This document shows, one piece after another, positions 19,388-27,561 of a stretch of DNA of 64,000 nt. The notes beneath the pieces are model-generated. The model saw only the letters and a program-made list of their open reading frames with translations, had not been told where the DNA came from and did not search any database. Each line of letters opens with the position of its first letter. The first letter of the stretch is position 1. The stretch is taken from positions 3,503 to 67,502 of the forward strand of contig JAJCYQ010000012.1 of the NCBI GenBank assembly GCA_029262835.1, in the 5' to 3' direction. A program made the position numbers and the translations under genes. The stretch is from Bacteroidota bacterium. GTDB taxonomy: Bacteria; Bacteroidota; Rhodothermia; Rhodothermales; UBA10348.

Positions 19388-19924
19388 TCAGGCCGTCAGC
19401 CGCTCGCGCAGCGTGGCCAGTTGATTGGCGGCGCTTCCGTCGTAGACCTGGTCTCCTATGCGGATGACCATGCCACCTATGAGTTCTGGACTGATGCGCA
19501 CGTCGAGCCGGACAGACCCATCTGTCTTTTTCTCCAGCGCCTGGACGAGCGCCTGCCTGTTCTCGGGCGAAAGCTCGAACGGAACGCGTGCTTCGATATC
19601 CGTGACACCGAGTTGTTCGTTCCGAAGACCATGGTAGGCATCCAGGATTTCTCCGAGGAGTGCCTCCCGCTTTTTTTCGACCAGCAGCAGCGCAAAGCGA
19701 AGCATTACGTCGGACACCTTGTCCTTGAATACAGCGCTTACAACTGCACGTTTACCCTCCCGGGAAATGATCGGGCTTTCGAACACGCCCCGGAGCTCGC
19801 GCGATGCCACGAGCGCGTCACGAAGAACGGCTACGTCGGCATCAACGGCTTCGGCACGGCCCTTGGCGGACGCTTCAGCGAGAAGCGCCTGGGCATACCG
19901 GCGGGAAACGGTGAGTTGGCTCAT
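19388..19924 (-). CDS. atpH: F1 ATP synthase delta (OSCP) subunit
   Basis: VSRRYAQALL... and ...L.GG.V.RIGD.V.DGS....L; position in the operon. Confidence 0.85.
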   Translation of the reverse strand: MSQLTVSRRYAQALLAEASAKGRAEAVDADVAVLRDALVASRELRGVFESPIISREGKRAVVSAVFKDKVSDVMLRFALLLVEKKREALLGEILDAYHGLRNEQLGVTDIEARVPFELSPENRQALVQALEKKTDGSVRLDVRISPELIGGMVIRIGDQVYDGSAANQLATLRERLTA

Positions 19925-19927
19925 GAG

Positions 19928-20431
19928 TCAGTTGCGGGATAGATCGCCGAGCATATCCCCGACGATTTTCTTCTGACGTTCTGCATCGAGCGTGTCCCGA
20001 AGGATCTTGCCCGCGGCATCGACCGCCAGGTGGGCTACTTCCTCGCGCAGCATGTTGAGCGCATTCTGCTTTTCGCGCTCAATGTCTGCCTGGGCCTGCT
20101 CCTGGAGCTGCCTGAGCTGTGCGCGGGTATTCTCGACCTCTTCGGAGCGCAGCTTCTCAGCCGCATCCCGGGCCTCACGCATGATACGCTGGGCATCGGC
20201 CTCGGCTTCACGCCGTGCACGCGTGTTGTCAGCCTGCACCGCCTTGGCTTCCGCCAGGGCGTTCTTCGCCTCGTCGAGCGAGTCCTGGATGGAGGACTCA
20301 CGATCGGTGAGGGCACTCGTAATAGGCCCCCAGGCAAACCTGCGCAGGAGGATGAGAAGAATGCCGAACGTGATCGCGATCCAGAAGATCAGACCCGCGT
20401 TCGGGGCGAGAAGATTCGCTGCCAGGACCAT
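19928..20431 (-). CDS. atpF: Fo ATP synthase subunit b
   Basis: N-terminal TM followed by a long charged helix (..R....I...L.EA......A). Sits between atpE and atpH. Confidence 0.85.
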   Translation of the reverse strand: MVLAANLLAPNAGLIFWIAITFGILLILLRRFAWGPITSALTDRESSIQDSLDEAKNALAEAKAVQADNTRARREAEADAQRIMREARDAAEKLRSEEVENTRAQLRQLQEQAQADIEREKQNALNMLREEVAHLAVDAAGKILRDTLDAERQKKIVGDMLGDLSRN

Positions 20432-20441
20432 GGTGGGTTCC

Positions 20442-20669
20442 TTACTTGGTGGCCAGGATAATGCAGATCACGAGACCGAAAAGTGCCACACCCTCAATAA
20501 GGGCAGCAGCAATAATCATCGAGGTCCGGATGTCGCCAGCGGCTTCAGGCTGACGGGCCGATCCTTCCATGGCCGGGCCTGCAAGACGGCCGATGCCGAG
20601 ACCTGCGCCGAGCGCAACGAGACCTGCACCGAGACCTGCACCGAGATATGCCAGAGCTGTGGGTTCCAT
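20442..20669 (-). CDS. atpE: Fo ATP synthase subunit c
   Basis: 75-aa hairpin proteolipid with ARQPE loop and AALIEGVALF. Confidence 0.9.
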   Translation of the reverse strand: MEPTALAYLGAGLGAGLVALGAGLGIGRLAGPAMEGSARQPEAAGDIRTSMIIAAALIEGVALFGLVICIILATK

Positions 20670-20689
20670 TGATTTACCTGTTGTCGTGT

Positions 20690-21838
20690 TTAGTGTGTAG
20701 GAGAAAGTTCAGCATGATGCCCATGGTCGTGCTCCTCGACGGCCATGCCGATAAAGAGCGCGGAGAGCATAGTGAATACATACGCCTGGATGAAAGAGAC
20801 CAGGAGTTCGAGGAGGTAGATGAAGAGGGCGAACGCGACGCTCACTGGCGCGACGCCATAGCCGGCTCCACTACCAAAAAGGTTGGTAAACGAAAAAATG
20901 AGGCCGATCAGGCTCAGAATAACAAGGTGGCCCGCCGTCATGTTGGCAAACAGACGAATGGCGAGCGCGAAAGGCTTCGTGAAAATGCCCAGGATCTCGA
21001 CGGGAATCAGGATGGGCTTGACAAATGTGGGCACGCCGGGAGGCCACAGAATGTGCATCCAGTAGTCTTTCGTACCACCCACCTGCGTAATAACAAACGT
21101 GAACGTGGCCAGAACGGCGGTAACCATGAGGTTCGAAGTGGCCGTTGCGCCAAAGGGCACCAACCCGAGCAGGTTACAGGTCAGGATGAAAAAGAAGGCG
21201 GTCAACAGGAAGGGCAGGTAGCGATCGGTCTTGGCTCCGATGGCGGGACGCGCAATATCGTCACGCACGACCAGAATGAGCGTTTCAAGCATGTTCTGGA
21301 GCAGCCCGCGCGGCGCCGTCTCCCGGCCAATTCCGGCCTTGTACATTTTCGCGACACGCGTGAACAGAAGCCACACAATGAGCATGCCGATCCATGCGAA
21401 CAGCAGATGCCGCGTGATGGACATGTCGACGAGGACGTGGCCACCACCCGGCGGGGCGAGGTGGGCTTCGTAGTATCCACCGAGCGGCTCGGCGATGGTC
21501 TCCGCGCCGTCGTCGCCATGGGCAGCAGCGTCTTCGCCGCCTTCGTGCGTCGCATCCCACGAAGCCTTGTAGCCACCACGTTCAACAGCGGCCGTTGAGG
21601 TCAGGAAGAAGTCGACCGACAGGCCGCCCTCGGCCGAGGAGATGATGAATATGCGGGGCAGCTCGACCTTTCCGATGGGGGAGAAATCCAGGTAGTTGCC
21701 ATCCACACTGTGGTGGATGGGGTCCAGTTCTTCCTCTTCACCGGCCGCGGCGACGCCAGAAGCCTTGGCAGATTGCCATGCCGTCATGGCCACGAGGGCC
21801 AGAAGGAGCGCAGACAGGAAAAATGACTTCCGGATCAT
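20690..21838 (-). CDS. atpB: Fo ATP synthase subunit a (long Bacteroidota-type N-terminal extension)
   Basis: LAIRLFANMTAGH and the C-terminal ...AYVFTMLSALFI motif. Confidence 0.9.
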   Translation of the reverse strand: MIRKSFFLSALLLALVAMTAWQSAKASGVAAAGEEEELDPIHHSVDGNYLDFSPIGKVELPRIFIISSAEGGLSVDFFLTSTAAVERGGYKASWDATHEGGEDAAAHGDDGAETIAEPLGGYYEAHLAPPGGGHVLVDMSITRHLLFAWIGMLIVWLLFTRVAKMYKAGIGRETAPRGLLQNMLETLILVVRDDIARPAIGAKTDRYLPFLLTAFFFILTCNLLGLVPFGATATSNLMVTAVLATFTFVITQVGGTKDYWMHILWPPGVPTFVKPILIPVEILGIFTKPFALAIRLFANMTAGHLVILSLIGLIFSFTNLFGSGAGYGVAPVSVAFALFIYLLELLVSFIQAYVFTMLSALFIGMAVEEHDHGHHAELSPTH

Positions 21839-22134
21839 CAGACAGATTGTTTTTGGCGGTGGTGCAGGGTGAATACTTCCACCGTCAAGCCAAGTATGAA
21901 ACCGACACTGAAGCTCCCCAGAAACGCTACCTTGACTACGGGCACGAATACGAGGATGAGTGTCATTACAGCAGCCGTAATGAACAGGCGCGCCGTCATG
22001 CCTCCAAAAACCAGGAACATGAACTGCTGGGCAGGTCGGGACAGCGCATACCGCAGCGTGGCATAACTGCCCGATGCATAAAGCACTGCGATCGCGGAGC
22101 CGAGTATCAGGCTCCCCCAGAATCCCGTGAGCAT
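21838..22134 (-). CDS. Small membrane protein of the atp operon (AtpI-like)
   Basis: 98 aa with 3-4 TM segments and a 1-nt overlap with the atpB start. The family assignment is tentative. Confidence 0.4.
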   Translation of the reverse strand: MLTGFWGSLILGSAIAVLYASGSYATLRYALSRPAQQFMFLVFGGMTARLFITAAVMTLILVFVPVVKVAFLGSFSVGFILGLTVEVFTLHHRQKQSV

Positions 22135-22224
22135 TCCGTCTTCCGGCGGTGGATGTTTTGGGCGAGATTGTTCAGACGGGCTAATCTAAGGAGCAACAGT
22201 CCCCAGCGTCGCATGTGAGGGGTG

Positions 22225-22259
22225 AAAAGACGGTGAATGGACCTGTAAAAGACGGTGAA
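22225..22259. repeat. 13-bp direct repeat AAAAGACGGTGAA x2, 22-bp period, in the gap inside the atp leader genes
   Basis: Read directly at 22225-22237 and 22247-22259. It lies upstream (minus sense) of the AtpI-like gene. Confidence 0.9.
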
Positions 22260-22267
22260 CCCGCGCG

Positions 22268-22492
22268 CTACTCCTTGTCCTTTCGGCTCATTTCCCGCGT
22301 CATGCGGAGGAGCTGAACAAAAAAGGCCACCATCCCCACAAGCCCACCAATAACGGTCAACCAGGGGGTCGTCTCCAGCCAGCGGTCAAGCAGCCAGCCG
22401 CCCACGACGTAGAACGTCATGGTGCCAGCCAGTTGAAGCCCGAGACCCATATATGGCCCCGCTTCCTTCATGGCCTGTTGCCAGGAAGCCAT
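22268..22492 (-). CDS. AtpZ/AtpI-family small membrane protein
   Basis: 74 aa. GPYMGLGLQLAGTMTFYVVGGWLLDRWL.T.PW......LVG fits the ATPase_gene1 pattern. Confidence 0.7.
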   Translation of the reverse strand: MASWQQAMKEAGPYMGLGLQLAGTMTFYVVGGWLLDRWLETTPWLTVIGGLVGMVAFFVQLLRMTREMSRKDKE

Positions 22493-22899
22493 CAGGCGTT
22501 AGCCGATTCAAGGGCGGCTTTTTTCAGGTTGAGTGCATTTTCGCCACTCGCCTTGAGCCGACCCATCGTGCACTCTCCATCAAACTCGGCGCCTTCCTCG
22601 ACGATCAGGCGCCCCGTCGTAATGGTACCCTCGACCCGGGCCGTCGACGTGAGGAGCAGGCGCGTCTTGATTCGCAGATCTCCTTTTACGTGTCCGGCAA
22701 CGTCCGCCACATCGGCGTGCACATCGCCCTCAACGCGCCCTTCAGGGGCCACGATCACCTTGCCGCCCGCATGCAGCGATCCTTTCACCTTCCCTCCGAC
22801 CCGGATATTGTCGTCCGTACGGAGCGTGCCCTCGAACTCCGAGCCCGGAGTTACCATGTTGGCCTGCGGGGCCGCCTGCGTTGTTGTCTGTTTTGCCAT
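22492..22899 (-). CDS. Bactofilin (polymer-forming cytoskeletal protein)
   Basis: A beta-helical repeat pattern is seen: FEGTLRTDDNIRVGGKVKGSLHAGGKVIVAPEGRVEGDVHA..V.V.G.VKGDL....L.L...A.VEG.I....L.VEEGA.F.G. Start ATG 22899 overlaps the peptidase stop (TGATG). Confidence 0.85.
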   Translation of the reverse strand: MAKQTTTQAAPQANMVTPGSEFEGTLRTDDNIRVGGKVKGSLHAGGKVIVAPEGRVEGDVHADVADVAGHVKGDLRIKTRLLLTSTARVEGTITTGRLIVEEGAEFDGECTMGRLKASGENALNLKKAALESANA

Positions 22900-23801
22900 C
22901 AGTAACCTGTCAAGTAATCTTTCGGATTCTGTGCCAGCCCATTGTGCCACAGTTCAAAATGTACGTGTGGTCCGGTTGTGATTTCTCCCGAATTGCCGCT
23001 TCGGGCAATGGTCTCGCCACTCGTGACACGATCGCCCACACGCTTGAGCGCCACGCTGTTGTGTTTGTATACGGAAAGGAAGCCGCCTGAATGTTGTACA
23101 GCAATGACCTGTCCGCCGTCATGCATCCAGTCCACAAGCACCACATATCCGTCGCCCACGCTCCGCACGGGTGTCCCTTCGGCCACCGCTATATCGAGCG
23201 CATAATGCCCCGTACGGGCGTCAAACCCCCGGGTTGGAAACCCCTCTACGGGGGGGAGTGCCGGAAAAACAGGACCGGCCATCATACTGCCAATTGCCAC
23301 GGAACCTGCCCCTGGCCAATTGCTCTGCGCCGATGTCAGACGCCCGAGCGTTACGGCCGGCTGCTCGTGCACCTGCCAATCGGCACTCTGGAGCGGCTCC
23401 GAGATGGTCTCGCCCGCCTCAAGAACGGAACTCATGGCAGGTGAATCGGCCGTCCAGGAGCTGGAGTCCACCTTACCCAGTATCATATTCCGTATGCGCG
23501 ATACATATTCCTGCTGGCGCTCCAGGGAATCGGTCAGCGCCTGCATGCGAAGGTCATTCTGCCTGGCCATTCGAAAGACCTCTTCGCCCGCATATCCCGG
23601 CAGGAACGCTCCAAGCGGCGACAGCAGGAGAACAAGGCTGATCATGATGGATGCGACGAGCACCGCCAATCCCACCGCCCAGGCCATGGCCCGCGGGCGG
23701 ACGGCATGCGGCGTGGGAGGCTCGACATCGGAGTCATCCATGACGAGAACCGTCACAGACCGACCAGAACGTCGTGTGAATTCGCGTAGAAGGGAGATCA
23801 T
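22899..23801 (-). CDS. M23/LytM-family metallopeptidase, membrane anchored
   Basis: HYALDIA, GDGYVV, and SGNSGEITTGPHVHFELW (HxH) motifs, with an N-terminal TM AWAVGLAVLVASIMISLVLLL. The start is uncertain (23801 chosen; the ORF is open to 23876). Confidence 0.85.
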   Translation of the reverse strand: MISLLREFTRRSGRSVTVLVMDDSDVEPPTPHAVRPRAMAWAVGLAVLVASIMISLVLLLSPLGAFLPGYAGEEVFRMARQNDLRMQALTDSLERQQEYVSRIRNMILGKVDSSSWTADSPAMSSVLEAGETISEPLQSADWQVHEQPAVTLGRLTSAQSNWPGAGSVAIGSMMAGPVFPALPPVEGFPTRGFDARTGHYALDIAVAEGTPVRSVGDGYVVLVDWMHDGGQVIAVQHSGGFLSVYKHNSVALKRVGDRVTSGETIARSGNSGEITTGPHVHFELWHNGLAQNPKDYLTGY

Positions 23802-23970
23802 GACACACCAAACGGAGTTTTGCGGACAACGAAGCCCCATCAGGGGCTGTTCCGGCTGACCGGATATTACACGCATTGAATTTGGTCGTTACGCCGCAAA
23901 GTCGTACTTTAGGCGGCTGATTTCCAACAGAAAACCAAAGGACGTATCGTCCTGTCCGAACACCGTACTT

Positions 23971-24225
23971 ATGCCACAGCACAAATCTGCCATGAAGCGG
24001 GTACGCCAGAGTGCCGTACGCCGCGAACGCAACCGGGTCCATCGCAGCCGTATGCGCTCCATGGTCAAGAAACTCCGCACGACTGAATCGGTCGACGCAG
24101 CCACTCCGTTGCTCAACGACATCAAGGCGTATCTGGACCGGCTGGCCCACAAGGGTATCATCCACCGCAACGCAGCCGCCAACAAGAAAAGCCAGCTGGA
24201 AAAATTCGTCAAAAACCTCGCGTAA
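23971..24225 (+). CDS. rpsT: 30S ribosomal protein S20
   Basis: MPQHKSAMKRVRQS..RRERN....S.M....KK. Confidence 0.95.
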   Translation: MPQHKSAMKRVRQSAVRRERNRVHRSRMRSMVKKLRTTESVDAATPLLNDIKAYLDRLAHKGIIHRNAAANKKSQLEKFVKNLA

Positions 24226-24303
24226 CAGGTCCTTTTTCGTAGATTACGCAGGATCGGTTCGACCAACTCCACCACTATCCAATACCACAACAGAAGATCT
24301 GTC

Positions 24304-25239
24304 ATGGCTACAACTTCATTCCGTTCCACATTCGTCATGATCGCCCTGTTCGCAGGCGCTTTCATGACAGGCTGCAAAAGCGTACCCGTGGAAATCACGG
24401 CGCTCGACGCTCCTGAAACCCTGAAGACGGGTACCGCTGGCACGTTTGCTGTCGATACCAACGAAGACGCAAAGCAGCCGGTCACGGTCAGCTGGGCGTT
24501 CGGCGACAATGCAACAGGCTCCGGTGCGTCTACACAGCATGCGTTCAACAGCCCGGGCACCTATACGGTGACTGCGACGGCCACGAATCGCAAGGGCAAG
24601 TCTTCGGACGTTGAAGTGACCCGCGTGGTCGTTGCGAATATGGAGCCCGCTGCCATCACCGGCATGCGCGCCAGCAACATGAACCCGGACACACAGACGC
24701 GCGTCACCTTCTCGGCGACCGCTGCGGGCGATGATCCGATTTCCTACAGCTGGTCCATGGGAGACGGCACGACCAGCTCGGCAGCCTCCCCAAGCCACAC
24801 GTTCTCCCGCCCGGGCAACTACACAGTTGCCCTGGAAGTCTCGAACGAGTTCGGTTCAGACTCTCGCACCATGACACTCACGGTCGACATGTTCGAAGCC
24901 GCGATTTGCCGCGAAACGACCGAACTGGCTTCGGCCATGTTCGATCGCAACTCGAGCGATCTCAACACGATGGCCCGCGGTGTGCTGGCCGACAATGTTG
25001 AGATCCTGAACGAGTGTCCGAACATGAACGTCCGTCTGGAAGGCGTCGCCGCTCCCGGTGAGCGCCGCGCACAGGAACTCTCTGAGGACCGCGCACGCGC
25101 CGTTGAGTCCTTCTATACGGACAATGGTGTTTCCTCGACACGCATTGTGACGCTCGGCACGGGCCGTGCAGAAGGCGTCACGAGCAAGAAGGAAGGCCTC
25201 GCACAGTACCGCCGCGTGGACACGATCATCGTCCGCTGA
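24304..25239 (+). CDS. Lipoprotein with two PKD-like domains and a C-terminal OmpA domain
   Basis: Lipobox FAGAFMTGC, two repeats (...W.FGD..TGSG....H.F..PGTYTVT / ..WSMGDGTTSS....H.FSRPGNYTV), then an OmpA-like F....S.L.......L......L...P...V.LEG... Confidence 0.8.
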   Translation: MATTSFRSTFVMIALFAGAFMTGCKSVPVEITALDAPETLKTGTAGTFAVDTNEDAKQPVTVSWAFGDNATGSGASTQHAFNSPGTYTVTATATNRKGKSSDVEVTRVVVANMEPAAITGMRASNMNPDTQTRVTFSATAAGDDPISYSWSMGDGTTSSAASPSHTFSRPGNYTVALEVSNEFGSDSRTMTLTVDMFEAAICRETTELASAMFDRNSSDLNTMARGVLADNVEILNECPNMNVRLEGVAAPGERRAQELSEDRARAVESFYTDNGVSSTRIVTLGTGRAEGVTSKKEGLAQYRRVDTIIVR

Positions 25240-25291
25240 GGCGAACGCGCGCGCCGGTCATAGTACCGGTATAATGATTACGTCTGTAAAA

Positions 25292-25329
25292 GGGGCGGCC
25301 GACACCAGGTGTCGGCCGCCCCTTCTTTT
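25292..25329 (+). terminator. Rho-independent terminator
   Basis: GGGGCGGCCGACA-CCAG-GTGTCGGCCGCCCC followed by TTCTTTT. Confidence 0.7.
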
Positions 25330-25408
25330 GGTGGGTCTGTCCGGGCCCGTCGACACAACGTGGCGAGTTACCGGTTTAGAAGGTGCAAGGTCGGTCGATA
25401 ACACGCGT

Positions 25409-26554
25409 ATGAACATCCAGAAGCATATCCTCGCCGCGTGTATCCTGCTCCTGCTGCCCGTGCTGGCAGGCACGAACTCCGTACATGCACAGAGCAACCA
25501 GTTCCGTGATTCGCGTGCCCACCTGGGCATTGCTGGTGGCCTCTTTACGTTTCATGGCCCTATCGACCTGCTGCAGCCGCGCAGTGGATCGAACTTCGTT
25601 CGCGAGCATGACCCGGCGGTTGCGCTGCTTGGGTCCTTCCCCATCACGACCGATCGCTTTTTCTTTCGTGGCATGCTGCTGTTCACCAATTTCAGCACGA
25701 AAGACGGACGCCGCCTCGTGGGAGACGGCAAGAACGAATTCCTGACGCAGGATATCATGATTTTTGAATCCGAAGTCGTCATGACGCTCCGTGCCGGGTC
25801 GCGTAGCCGGTTCCTGCCCTACATTTTCACGGGCTTCGGCGGTATGCTGGCCGACACCTTCGGATCGACCAAGAACACGGTCGACCTACCCGGCGTCGGC
25901 GTACCTGGTCCCGAACGGAGCGTCTACCAGATGCCGATCGGTATTGGCTTTGACTACGCCTTCGATGGCTGTATTTCGGCGTTCACCGAGGTCAGCTACC
26001 GGTTTGATCTGAACTACGTTTTCCGGAATGAGAACAACTACGATCCGCACAATACGTCGCTCGTTCTGGGAGGCATGCGCTTCTGCGTGAAAAACCCCTT
26101 CAAGAAAGCGGCGCCACCGCCACCAGCCGTGCCCCCACCGCTCGACGTCCCCGCCTACACGCCGCCCCTTCCGCGGTCGGTCAAGGTCTGCACGCTCGTC
26201 GATCTGAACAGTATTTACTTCGCGGCCGGATCCTCGGACCTGGACAGCGAGGCGCGCCGTCTGCTCGATGAGAACATCGAAGCGCTTCGGCTCAACCCGA
26301 CGTGCTGTGTGACCATCACCGGCCACACCGACTCCGAGGCAGCCAGTGTCTATGCAATCCGCGTGGCCCGGCAACGTGCTGAAGTCGTCTACGCATACTA
26401 CCTTGCAGCAGGCCTCAGCCCCGAGCAATTCACGGTCGATGCCGAGGCCATCACCACGCCCTGCCCCAAAGGCAAAGGAGAAGAATGCAAGGAAGTCCAT
26501 CGTGTTGAAAGTGCGCCCTTTGACTGCTCGCGGTTGTTGTTTCCCAACCAATGA
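25409..26554 (+). CDS. OmpA-family outer membrane protein (N-terminal beta-barrel-like region + OmpA C-terminal domain)
   Basis: Start ATG 25409 gives the signal peptide MNIQKHILAACILLLLPVLAGTNSVHAQ. A Pro-rich linker (PPPPAVPPPLDVP) is followed by an OmpA-like ...IYFAAGSSDL..EA...L...........V.I.GHTD.... Confidence 0.75.
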   Translation: MNIQKHILAACILLLLPVLAGTNSVHAQSNQFRDSRAHLGIAGGLFTFHGPIDLLQPRSGSNFVREHDPAVALLGSFPITTDRFFFRGMLLFTNFSTKDGRRLVGDGKNEFLTQDIMIFESEVVMTLRAGSRSRFLPYIFTGFGGMLADTFGSTKNTVDLPGVGVPGPERSVYQMPIGIGFDYAFDGCISAFTEVSYRFDLNYVFRNENNYDPHNTSLVLGGMRFCVKNPFKKAAPPPPAVPPPLDVPAYTPPLPRSVKVCTLVDLNSIYFAAGSSDLDSEARRLLDENIEALRLNPTCCVTITGHTDSEAASVYAIRVARQRAEVVYAYYLAAGLSPEQFTVDAEAITTPCPKGKGEECKEVHRVESAPFDCSRLLFPNQ

Positions 26555-26580
26555 TGTCCGCATCTACGTGACCGCCCGTC

Positions 26581-27561
26581 ATGCCTGACGCTGCGCGCGA
26601 ACTCCCCGACCGACTCAAGACGGCGCTCAAAAAACACGCCGAGCGGCTTGGTTTCGAGGCCTGCGGCGTTGCCCGCGCGGTGAAACTCGACGCCGAAGCG
26701 GCGCATCTCGAAGAATGGCTTTCGAGCGGCCGTCACGCGAGCATGAACTGGATGACGGGGCACTTCGAGAAGCGCATAGATCCGCGCCGCCTCGTGCCGG
26801 GTGCGCGAACCGTCATCTCCGTACTGCACAGTTACCTGCACGAGGATGCCGTTCCTCCCTCCGATCCCACCATGGGCCGCATAAGCCGGTATGCATCTGG
26901 CGATGACTATCATTTTGTCATGAAGGAGCGGCTGTTTGAGCTGTTCGAATGTCTGCGCGAGGACGCTGGCGCCGTTGAAGGCCGCGCTTTCGTCGATTCG
27001 GCACCCGTCATGGACAAAGTCTGGGCCCAGCGATCGGGACTCGGATGGATAGGCAAGCACACCAACCTGATAAGCCGCGATGCCGGGTCCTGGTTTTTCA
27101 TAGGCGAGCTGATCGTGGATATCGAGTTGCCGCCCGACGACCCGGCCACGGATTACTGCGGCTCGTGCACCCGTTGCCTGGATGCCTGCCCCACGGACGC
27201 CATCTTCCAGCCCTATTCCGTCGATGCCACGAAGTGCATATCCTACACAACGATTGAGCACCGGGGCGATGACATTCCGCCCGACATGCGCCGCGGACAC
27301 GGCAACTGGATTTTTGGATGCGACATCTGCCAGGAGGTCTGCCCGTGGAACAAGTTCAGCCGAACTACCCGCGAGCCGCGCTACGCGCCGCGTCCCGGCA
27401 TGCATACGACCACGCTTGAGGAGTGGGACGAGATGGATCTGGACGCTTTTCGGGAGCAGTTTCGCAAAAACCCGGTCAAACGCACCAAATACGAGGGCTT
27501 CAAGCGGAACGTGCGATACGCGATGGAGAATCTGCGTCCGGGCACGGAAGGAACACCGTAA
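26581..27561 (+). CDS. queG: Epoxyqueuosine reductase
   Basis: CGSCTRCLDACPTDAI and GCDICQEVCPWN ferredoxin motifs, WFFIGE, and CISYTTIE. Confidence 0.9.
   Translation: MPDAARELPDRLKTALKKHAERLGFEACGVARAVKLDAEAAHLEEWLSSGRHASMNWMTGHFEKRIDPRRLVPGARTVISVLHSYLHEDAVPPSDPTMGRISRYASGDDYHFVMKERLFELFECLREDAGAVEGRAFVDSAPVMDKVWAQRSGLGWIGKHTNLISRDAGSWFFIGELIVDIELPPDDPATDYCGSCTRCLDACPTDAIFQPYSVDATKCISYTTIEHRGDDIPPDMRRGHGNWIFGCDICQEVCPWNKFSRTTREPRYAPRPGMHTTTLEEWDEMDLDAFREQFRKNPVKRTKYEGFKRNVRYAMENLRPGTEGTP

Noticed and set aside
27500-27561. 62-bp convergent overlap of the queG and histidine kinase 3' ends as a possible antisense regulatory arrangement.
   Set aside because: Both C-termini look like natural ends of their families. 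Tail-to-tail overlaps of this size are common in compact high-GC genomes, and no extra structure was seen.
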